DNA of 64,000 bases, taken from Vicugna vicugna (Eukaryota). Numbering within the stretch: position 1 is the first letter of the stretch; the number at the start of each line of letters is the position of its first letter. The notes beneath the pieces were generated by a model that was not told the DNA's origin, ran no database searches, and saw only the letters and a program-made list of their open reading frames with translations. The translations under genes were made by a program, and so were the position numbers. Below, piece by piece: positions 53,745-64,000 of the stretch. The stretch covers positions 7,456,295-7,520,294 of the forward strand of contig MU058636.1 in assembly GCA_013265495.1 (NCBI GenBank). Reading direction: 5' to 3'.

Positions 53745-53930
53745 ATGAGTTCCGGCTCATGAGTTATTTTCCAGCTGTGTTATATTAAACATATTACACA
53801 ATCCCTCTAAATCTCAGTTTCCTCATCTGTAAAAGAGAAAAAAATAAAACTTACCTCCAAGGGTTGGTGGGAGGAATCAATTTTATAACGCAGATAAAGT
53901 GCTTAACATAAACGACAGTTGAACACATGC
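53745..53930 (+). mobile_element. MIR SINE
   Basis: ctctaaatctcagtttcctcatctgtaaaa core. Confidence 0.9.
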
Positions 53931-56900
53931 CCACGGTCATTATGCATAGTGTATTATTTACCATTTAACACCACCACTCTCCACCTCACTGCCCAAACGT
54001 GCCCCTCATTCACCTGAGATGCTTTTTCTTTCCTTTTCATTTTCTTTACTTTCCCACTCTTCTCCTTCTCATCAAACACTCAATTCTATAAATTTTATCT
54101 TCTAAATATCCCACGCATAGTAGTCAAGAGTCCAGACCACACAAAACAGGCATGAACTGAATAAAAGAGACCCTGAAAATAAGACGAGTCAAGGCAAAAA
54201 TCGGCTTCAAATAAGAAGGCGTTGTTAACATCAGTGACAATCAGGCCTCGCTGAACAAGAGACAGAGTGATGATGGTTCTTCAGAACTACGAACATGATG
54301 GGTCGTGTGATGTTCTGAAATTCTCACCTGTATCAAACCTTAAACGTGTAACTGATTTACGGATTGCCTATTGAAGACAGCGGAGGAAGGAGTGCTCACA
54401 CAACTAACTGTTAAGGTTGGCAGTGTACTTCACTTGGAACAGATCGGTAAATTATTTAAGAAGGCTCCTGGAACAATTAAGTGGGCATATTTTCCCCTTA
54501 GATTGACAGAAGCCACTATGTGGGTAAAATCAACACTTCATTCAGTAATACTAGGTCCCAGGATCTGTGAAGGGAAGTTTTGGTATAATGGATCTCCTGG
54601 GGTGGGGAGGTGTTCCCATAGTGGCTACAAGTCATCTAGTTAAGTTTCCATATATTGTAGTATGACTTCCATTTTCTACATGAAAACAACACTACTTGAT
54701 TAAAGTACCATATATTAAATGTCAATTCCTTAAACGAACGTTTACCAAGCACCTGATAAGATCGAAGTACCACGTTAGGGACACTGAGATCCAAGATACT
54801 TCCAAAGTCATTGTCTCATCAGCTTCCCTGCATTCACTCACCCCTCTACAGCTTTCTGATTTATTTTCAAGAATCTCTTCACAGAACTATTCAGCCTCTT
54901 GAACAACCTAAGGAATTTCTTAATAATTCTGACATTTTGAATGATTATTATTTTAAGTAAAATGTTTTCATTAAATTGGACATGACATTAATAGAACTTG
55001 GAAGGCACTTATGAAATATAATGACAAAATTTGTTCTTTCCAATCAACCTGTTACATGTTTTCAAGAAATTTTAATTTATAAGGTAAACATGTGATTGAT
55101 CACAAAAAATTTTAAATGACTATATATTATTTGGTATTAGAATCAAATCTATATTAAAATGTATTCAAATTAAAATACACCTTTTAATATAAAAAATAAT
55201 GGTTCTTTGCAACGTGAGGTACATTTCCCACCAAAAAATATCTTGTTTAGTAACAGTCAGAGCAGAGAGTTTTAATTTGGTAATTAAAAACTAAATTTGA
55301 GAAAATTATCATTATATTTTCTTTTAAATATTATTTTCTTAAGTACTAGGAACAGCTTAATGCACTGTATAAAAAGTAGTAGCTTTATCTCTGTATGTTC
55401 TGCTCCTTATTAACTTCCTATATTTAACCAGCAGTTTACTATGAATATAAATTGAACAATATATGGCTGAGAACAAAGCTACAGAATAATCAAAACTGTG
55501 TTACAGCTTGTGGTGTTCCACTGAGTGAACTACCATGCGTGGCTCCTTGATGCACACTCAGTGGCTCTAAAATTGATTCCTTTTTAAGGGAAACATTTTT
55601 AAGCAACAATTATATTTGTAGTTTTTTAAAGATATTAAGACAAATGTCATCCCCGGAACACATTCCTGGGCACCCTAGGGGCTCCAGAACCATCAGCTGG
55701 GAAGCAACTCTACCATTTTAAAAATGAATTGCCCAGGACAACATGATGAAGACCCTGGAAAGCATCTGCTGTAAAAGAAAGGACCACTTAAAGCCGGGAA
55801 TATGATTTTCCATAAGTGAAAAAATCAGATGAGAAGAAAAGTGAAATTATCTCACACAAAGTAAAGGCTCAAATGGGAGGGGGAAAATCAAGGTGTAAAG
55901 GCAAAAAGGAGGAGAAAAAAGGAAGCAGGGATGATATGAAGGGCCCACATGTCTGTGTCTTCCTTTGTACAGAAGTACCAGGCTTTTGTTCTGATAAAGA
56001 AAGAAATGAAAGAAAGCAAACCCACGCCCAGCTGAACTGAATAATTGTGAATGGAAAATGTTTTGTCAAGAACCAGAAGTTTCTTTCGGTAATTAAAGGC
56101 ATGAAAGAACACAGGCGGCAGAATTCACCCTCGCATCTCTCTTTCTGGGCTCAATCCCCTAGCTGCTTCTAGAAAATCACTACTGAATGCAAGGAAATGA
56201 AAAGGGATCTAAAACACGATTTCATTCCTGTCACTTGGTGAGTAAATACCAAAGACATATAAATTCTCTCCAAAAGTATATAAGAATAAAAGACAGAGCA
56301 CTGATAAGCACAAAATAGAAAACGTAAACCCTGGCTCTGCTGTGAAGCGTAAGTTTCCTGGGGACAGCATCCCCAGATCACAGCATTTACAAGAGTCTCA
56401 ACAAGGAAGGTGATCCCCCAAATTTAAGAGTCATTGTTGTAGATAAAACGCGAAAACCTCAGTTAAAGATACAGGGCTTTGATTTGCTTTAAATCATTGG
56501 AATTAACATTTTTTCCATTTTGTTACCGTTACTCCCCGTTGTCAGCTTTGGCTAAAGGGAATCATAATAAAGACCATTCACCTTCGTATGTTAAGACAGC
56601 AGCTAAGAAAGGGGGACCCTTAAAAACCGTAAACCAGTTCCAATGGTTTTGAAAAGAGTCGTCTATACAGGATTCTCCCCAGTGCAGCCACCGCCCCTGT
56701 AAATCCTGGGTTCTACAGATGCGCAGCGCAGATCACCAGGAGGGAGGTAAGAAAGCGAAAATCAATAGCAATCTCAGCATCTCGACAACCTCAGCGTTGT
56801 GCCTAAAAATAAGCCCAGGATTGTTGGAAGGAGCTTGGCCAGGGACCAGCTTCGCTTCCTCGACCTGTAAGAAGCCTCACAGAGGAGACTAAGCCTTGTT

Positions 56901-57814
56901 TTGCGTTTAGAGATGACCTTGAACATAAAGAAAAGGGATACATAGACATATGGACACAGATACAGATAATGAACATACAAGTTTCTCTGGAATCCAAAAG
57001 CCAGCAGCATCTGAACCCTGAATCACAAAGGCATTCAACGATGGCTCAATGAACAGAATTTCCCCAGGTGCAGCTGCACTGTACGGTAGGATATTCCACT
57101 TCGCAGTGAAGTCTTTTTCCTTGAGAAGAGAGAAACAGGTAATTTTTTCAAAAGCCCTCAAAGATCTTGAATAGTAAAGTTATGAAAGGGCAAGTGGGAA
57201 AAGCAAATCATGAAGAGGGGAAGAGAGAGATTACAAAATAACTGGATCTCATCCAAGAAACAGACAAAGCACATGGAAAGCATATTTTAGCAATGAAAAA
57301 AGCAAAAAAGATATACAGCTTGAAATATGTTAATATAATTTGAAATCTAGTCAGCCCATACATGGTATTTTGGACTGCTACATAGAAAAGTATCTCCAAA
57401 TGGAGCATGGAGAAGGCAGGAATGAAAAACTGACGTCTGGGGAGCACCCCTGGGGCATCAGAGGACAATCACTGTTATTCCACCCTGCCATGAACGTTAA
57501 GTGTTTTTCCTCTTAGCTGCCTAAGTTTGGAATTGATTCAGAAATACCATATGTGCAAAGCATGCAAAAACAATAAGTGCTCTGCTGTACTGGAACTGGC
57601 TGCATCATCTTCTCCACTCAAAGTTACTGACAAAACCCCACTGAGCCCCAGCGCTAGTCACACTGAGCTGGAGAGGACAAAGATCCCATAAAAGGATTAA
57701 AGAACGATGCACTTCGTTAATCCATGATTACACAAATGACTTCACAGGTAGAAAAAAGTCTTTTCTATAGATGCGTGTAAAAGCATGGGGTCAGCTTTTA
57801 AAAGTTGAGGCAAT

Positions 57815-58022
57815 TAAAAAGCAGACCGGGGGTTGCTGGTCTGGCGGTGGGAGCAGGGAAGGACAGCACATGGGTGGGAGGGAACTTTCTGTGGTCATAG
57901 TGTCTCAACACTGACTGGGTTGTGGTGATGGCTGCAAAACTCTATGAATGTATGAAATCACTGAGGAGTACACTAAAACGGGTAAAATTTATGGTATGTA
58001 AACTGTACCTTAATAAAGCTAG
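57815..58022 (+). mobile_element. Old L1M (MC/ME) 3' end
   Basis: gagggaactttctgtggt...cactaaaacgggtaaaatttatggtatgtaaactgtaccttaataaagct. Confidence 0.8.
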
Positions 58023-58127
58023 AAACATTTTTTTAAGTTGACATATTTTGAAATTCAACAATATTCCCCTTCTATAAAATGGCTGGATTTCTGGGTGATG
58101 CATTCCATTAAGAGTGTTCTTTTTCCA

Positions 58128-58940
58128 AATGCTCAATATCACTAATTATCAGAGAAATGCAAATCAAAACTACAATGAGGTATCACCTCACACCAGTCAG
58201 AATGGCCGTCATTCAAAAATCCAAAAATGACAAATGCTGGAGAGGCTGTGGAGAAAGGGGAACCCTCCTACACTGCTGGTGGGAATGCAGTTTGGTGCAG
58301 CCACTATGGAAAACAGTGTGGAGATTCCTCAAAAGACTAGGAATAGACTTACCATATGACCCAGGAATCCCACTCCTGGGCTTGTATCCAGAAGGAAATC
58401 TACTTCAGGATGACACCTCCACTCCAATATTCATAGCAGCACTATTTACAATAGCCAAAACATGGAAACAGCCTAAATGTCCATCAATAGGTGACTGGAT
58501 AAAGAAGATGTGGTATATTTATACAATGGAATACTACTCAGCCATAAAAACCGACAACATAACACCATTTGCAGCAACATGGATGCTCCTAGAGAATGTC
58601 ATTCTAAGTGAAGTAAGCCAGAAAGAGAAAGAAAAATACCATATGAGATCGCTCATATGTGGAATCTAAAGACTCATGGACAGAGAATACAGACTTGTGG
58701 TTACCAGGGGGGTAGAGGGTGGGAAGGGATAGACTGGGATTTCAAAATTGTAGAATAGATAAACAAGATTACACTGTATAGCACAGGGAAATATACACAA
58801 AATGTTATGATAAATCACAGAGAAAAAAATGTGACAATGAGTGTGTATATGTCCATGAATGACTGAAAAATTGTGCTGAACACTGGAATTTGACACAACA
58901 TTGTAAAATGATTATAAATCAATAAAAAATGTTAAAAAAA
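58128..58940 (+). mobile_element. Young 5'-truncated L1 with A-tail and TSD
   Basis: TSD agtgttctttttcca (58113-58127 and 58941-58955), TT/AAGA target, aataaa plus A-tail, and an uninterrupted ORF2 C-terminus. Confidence 0.97.
58157..58669 (+). pseudogene. L1 ORF2p C-terminal fragment (170 aa, Cys-rich domain); not a complete gene
   Basis: [17 protein letters not shown]...[18 protein letters not shown]...[19 protein letters not shown]...[10 protein letters not shown] is the hallmark ORF2p C-terminus. Endonuclease and RT domains are absent. Confidence 0.95.
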
Positions 58941-60269
58941 AGTGTTCTTTTTCCACTGTTAGGAATGGAAATCTTTATGATAATTTGTAAAAAAGAGATG
59001 CTTAGAGGCCAAATGGGATCAAGAATTTCTCGTGGGTTCTATTGAAACGGTCCCGCTTTAACAGTTTAATTCACGTGCCCTCTAACGTTGAGAACATGCG
59101 TGTTCTCGTACATCTGTTAGATGAGTATGGGCTTTGTGTCACGAGTTGGGAATGTCTCAGTTTTCCTTCACTGGGTAGGGGGAAGACTTGGAAGAATTCC
59201 TCAACAGATGATTTAGGGCCCCCTAGATTCACTGCTAGGGAAACTTGCGTTCTCATATTTGTTTGTTCATAAAGTAGGATGTGATTGGTACTCGTACTCG
59301 AGGATGTCCTTGCATTGTTTGGAAATGTGACGGCCAAGATCCTCTTAAGCAACATTACCATTATATTTTAAATAACTGAAAGGTGTGTTCTACTTTATAG
59401 ATTAACAAATAGCACTTCTAGCACATTCAGAATACAAATAATGTTAAAAGCCTACTTTTGTGCACCAGCATGCTAGTAGACAGCTTTACGTTTAAATTAG
59501 TCCCTTTGTTCAAAGCTTGTGGCATATTTTAGATGCCTTGAAAAGAAATAATAAATGGACTAGCCCTCAGTTTCACTACCCTGAACTTTCCCCGTGAGGT
59601 GTGTTGTCAATCAGATCTGAAAAATCACCATCTTCTCCTTGCATCAGTCAACGTAAGAAAGAAGTTATTTTCAAGATTTTGCAAGAATATCAAAATGTCT
59701 GAGAACTGATATTGGTGATTTTTAACCCCACGTAGGTACACTTTGGGGCACAGGAGAATGAGGGGAAGAACTAGAGGAGATGTGGGTATGTTCTGAGTGT
59801 CAGTAACAGTAATGACACTGTTTTTTCCCAAGGTCTTAAAATCACTTTTTTCAAAGGGAAAAATGAAGCCTTACTATGTGTTTAAATTATTGCATATCTC
59901 TGTCTCTGATGGCTTCTCATCTGGAAGGACCTTAATGTAAATGAGCCCACTGTAGAAGGATTCTGCTCATTAGACGTTTCCTTCATCCTGTTTGCTCTGT
60001 AATTTGGTTTAACAGAAACTGAAGGAAGGGTGTCAGACCAGTTTGGGCATGTAGCACCAGCTCTGTGCCAGCCGAAGACGGATAATACGCCATGTCATGA
60101 TCAAGAGTTGGAAGATATTTTCTATTGCAGCAGCTGGAAAGAGCTGGCATGAATATTGCTGAGTAGTTGGGTTTCCAGGAAAGTAAAGGACTGGAGCTGT
60201 CCCTGGGTGTGAGGTTTTGCAGAAAAGAGCATAAAATCGTCTGTATATTGAACCTAACTCAGGGCTATT

Positions 60270-60470
60270 AACATCAACAAGAACACAACAGGAGCTAGCG
60301 TTTCCTGAATGCTCACCATGTGCCAGGCACTAACTAAAGGTTTCTCCTCTACCATATCAGCAGTGTCATGAGATAGGTACTAGGCACTACTGTTACCTCC
60401 GTATTACAGATGTAGAAACAAGGGAAATAACTAGTCAACCCAGTTGATTAGTATGAGATCAAGGCTGAAA
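60270..60470 (-). mobile_element. MIR SINE
   Basis: ctgaatgctcaccatgtgccaggcac...ccgtattacagatgtagaaaca. Confidence 0.75.
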
Positions 60471-61112
60471 TGAAATTGAGAAGTTGCCCCTCTACTTCCT
60501 GCACATATTAAAAATCTCCCCATGTTCTTCTGGACATCTTCCACATTGAGAATTTTCTCCTGTATAGGGACTCTGCCTGACAACAGTTGGAAATCTAAAA
60601 CCAACTCTCAGGGACGGTTTTAATGACTTCCAATCATCCCCATGGAAGCTATCCAGAAGAACCATGAGGAAAACATTAAATATGCACAGCCCATTGAGGG
60701 GCGCATACAGATAATGTCTAAGAGCACGCATAGGGACCTAGCGGCAACCATGGGCATTAAGCCTTCCATCAGGATCAGCGTTTCCACAGTAATTGTTCAG
60801 ACTTCCCTGCATCTCCTCACTTATTCTTCATACAGGAAGTCATCCATCGCCCACACACGGGCGGCCCATTGAGGCCCGACTGCAGTGGGTGCACGCTTCA
60901 TTCTAATGGACTGGCTGCTATCCAAAACTTGGCTGATGGCAACCATACCTTGCCATCTGATGTTAACACTGACATTGAGAGGATGCAAATAAAACTGCTA
61001 AGTAAGCTAAAGTGAATGTTTAAGTCCGTCTACTGAGTAGCAGCCTGGCTTTACCCTCTTTAGGGCTTCGGATTCTGATGCTCTCCCTATTTATAGTGTT
61101 CAATCGCCTGAT

Positions 61113-61265
61113 CAGTGCTTCCCAAATTTAATGTGAACGTGGACCACGTGAGGATCTTGATTCTGATTCAGCAGCAGGTCTAGGGTGGGGCTTGAGCAGG
61201 TGCATTTCTACAAGATCGCTGGTGGCACTACTGCTCCTGTCTTCCGACCACTCTTGGGAGCAAGG
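61113..61265. mobile_element. MER5-like hAT-Charlie MITE
   Basis: cagtgcttcccaaattta...gattctgattcagcagcaggtctagggtgggg...tgcatttctacaag. Confidence 0.8.
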
Positions 61266-63139
61266 TTTTTAAGAACACAGGTGGAGTATATACCTGAGCT
61301 TACAGAAGGACTTTCCATAATTTGTTTTGTTGCATAACTAGTTACTAGTCCCTACAGTGTTACTATGAAAAAGCATCAGAAGTAAAACATCTCTTTTTTT
61401 CTTTCAAGATAATGCTTACTTTGAATTGTTTTCTTACAGGAGATTTTTTTAAAATAAAATATTGATTGTATCTTACTACCTACCAAATTAAATTTAGTTT
61501 GTAGTCTTCCAAGTAGAGAAAAAAAGAGAGTAGAAAGATCTCTTGTAGAGACACTGCTAGTCCTATAATTATGTGATTCTGCTTATTGGAGTCTGAGCCA
61601 CAAGTTAAAATCAAGAAGCATCACTTAATAATTATTAAGCATCTAATAAGGGTAGTCAAGGGTACAGAAGTTAATAAAGCACCATCTTCTTTCTCCAAGG
61701 TGTTCTGGTCTTACACAAGTTCACGAATGGTTAGAACACAAAGCAGAAGTGATTAGGCACAGAAAGAGAATTACCTTGTGTTTTTCCCTTAGGGAGAGAC
61801 TTGTACAGGATCAGAGTGATTGTGCTCCAAAGGACATAAGAAGCCTAAGCTGATATTTATGAAACAATACTAGACTTATTGAATCAGACAGGTTTTGAAA
61901 TGTGATAGTTTTTTCCCCAAGAGGATTCTAGGCAGAGTGGATGAATTCTGAGATACTTTTAACCTCCAGTAACTGACGACATTGAACAACATCTCAAGAG
62001 TCACTACTCCCCACAATATTTGCCTCTCAATCTGACTTTACAAGTCTGTAACTCTCAGCCGCAAGTCAGAACTCAGATAGGAGATGGTCTGCTCATGAGT
62101 TACAGGGAATCACAGGGAATCACACTGGACAACTTGCCTTCCAACGATCTGGGCAAGAAAATAACAAAATTAGAGAAGGAATGGCTTCGTAATTTCAAGA
62201 CATCTCCCACATGAATGTACATAGTATCATGTGAAATTATAAGCAAGAAACCAAATTGTGTATAGAGTAGAATCTGAACTTTCTTTAAAGAAAAAAGCAA
62301 AAAAATTGGCTAAAACTTTAATAAGTGCCATCTTGTCGATGAGACTGTAGGTCATTTTAATTTATCTTAATATTTTCTCACTTGCTCCCAAATCCTTTAT
62401 AATGATCATTCATTAATCTTACAGTGGGGAAAAGCCAATTAAAACATAAATCTCCCATCTGTCCTTTTGTTTCTGTGGCATGTTGTTCATGACATAGTTC
62501 AGATTTAAAATTGAATTTTTTAATTTCCATTTAATTTCTGAAACTACCTTCTTTCATTTAATTTAGTTTCGAGGATTTAAACTAATCAGAAAAATCTGCT
62601 GCAACATATTGTACTCAGCACCACGAACGCCCTTGAACACTGCAGGTTTGCTTCTCTGCAATAATTGGGCCAGATGCTCTTCATGCCAATCTCCTACTGG
62701 CCTATCACCAATTTCTCAATCCATACGACGTATTGATTAGCTCTTCCCTTTATGCACTGGATGGCTGCGGCAATGTCAGAAAGATTTAGGGCAATTTTCC
62801 TGACTCACATGGTGAGAAATTTCTAGCAGTATGTCTATTGTTTCCCCACATGATACAAGTTCTTTCAATTGAGAAATGCTCTAAAATTGGCAGATGAGTT
62901 TTTGATTCTTATCCCAGTCTTCAATGAAGCAGGTGCTTGAGCTAGAAAACCAGCCCCATGATGAGCACCTTAGAATCTGGTTTTGGTGCAGAGAGCACCC
63001 CCAACACAGACGGTGACACTCCAGCACAGCCCAGGGTGACCAGTCGGCTCCTAAATGGTCATGACCTGTGCTCTGCAAATCACTGGAAGCAATGTGCTTA
63101 GTCCAAAGGGGCAGGTCATGGCAAAATGGTCAAAGGTCC

Positions 63140-63430
63140 AGTCATTTAATCATTCTATCATTTCTTGAACAAGTATGTAGCAGGCCAGGGCCTAGAGATT
63201 CAGAGGCCAATAGGACACCATCCCTAGCCTCATCCTATAAATTCTGAAAAGGGAGGCAGGCACATCAGCTGTCAACAAGCCAGCAGAATCAAGAATTGTG
63301 GGGCCATCTGGATGGACAGAGGACAGTGAACGGAGCCCCAGGAGAGGGAGTGGTCAGTTCTACATGGGAAGGTCATACATGAGGCCACCTTTGAATTCAT
63401 CTTGAGAAATAATAAGGTTCTTGCTTTGCA
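63140..63430 (-). mobile_element. L2 fragment
   Basis: tcatttaatcattc...aggccagggcctagagattcagag...ggaaggtcatacatgaggccacctttgaa. Confidence 0.55.
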
Positions 63431-63804
63431 GAGCTGTGGTGATAATTCAGTGGGATGGATATAACTCAGTAACTAGCCCATGGCACCAGGGACAGAGAAG
63501 TGTTCAACCAGTGACAGTAATAATAATGTTAATGCTACGTTATTGTAATGGGTTGCCAATAGGTCACCCTTAAGGAATAACTGGTACAACTGAAGAAAAA
63601 AGTGATAAAAAAGAAAGTAATATCTAGGCTACATTCACAACTGATTGACGATAAATGGAAAGATAAGAATATACTCAGTAGCAGTTTAGTCACGGAACAG
63701 ACAATGGAAACAATGCAAATGACCAATTCTATGTCAACAACATTACACAAGTGTCCTGTATTTTTAAGAAAGCCTGGAGTAGGAAAACAGAAGGGAGAAG
63801 ACTA

Positions 63805-64000
63805 GTAGTTATAGAGGACCTACCATATGTCAAGCCAAGGCCCTTATATATACTTTCTCAATTAATTATCCCACCAATAAAAGTATGCATTTTTATTGCC
63901 ATTTTAAAGAGAAAACTGAGATTCAAAGTTTCATTGACTTGCCAAAGGCCACGTGGCTGACGAGTGATGAAGTCAGGATTTGATCTTATAAGCATCTCCT
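63805..64000 (-). mobile_element. MIR SINE (runs to the window end)
   Basis: ccattttaaagagaaaactgagattcaaag...gacttgccaaaggccacgtggct...gtcaggatttga. Confidence 0.85.

Noticed and set aside
54268..54318. GTGATGA...CTGA resembling a C/D box snoRNA
   Set aside because: Only about 51 nt, no convincing terminal stem, and no rRNA/snRNA antisense element recognised.
59090..59107. AGAACA-tgcg-TGTTCT palindrome resembling a steroid response element
   Set aside because: The spacer is 4 nt rather than the required 3; a short palindrome like this is expected by chance.
1..64000. CRISPR arrays, operons or other prokaryotic/viral systems
   Set aside because: The sequence is mammalian, with no regularly spaced repeat-spacer array, no dense ORFs and no recognisable ERV gag/pol/env.

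Overview
Mammalian non-coding DNA, most likely camelid: there is a tRNA-derived SINE of the camelid Vic-1 type at about 42475, and several L1 3' ends look cetartiodactyl. I could not recognise any host protein-coding exon, tRNA/rRNA gene or CpG-island promoter. The only supplied ORF with clear homology is the C-terminal 170 aa of L1 ORF2p (58157-58669). The window is a mosaic of ancient eutherian repeats (L1M, L2, MIR, MLT1, MER20/5/63/82-like, ERV LTRs), a few younger insertions with target-site duplications (TSDs), microsatellites and unique AT-rich DNA. It is consistent with an intron of a large gene (weakly suggested to be on the minus strand) or with intergenic DNA. I found no evidence of a novel multi-gene system. 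The best leads are atypical L1 insertion structures, a clean solo LTR, a CTCF motif inside an L2 remnant, transcription-factor motif clusters and several unverified minus-strand exon candidates. Repeat family names come from recalled consensus sequences, and the boundaries of old repeats are approximate.
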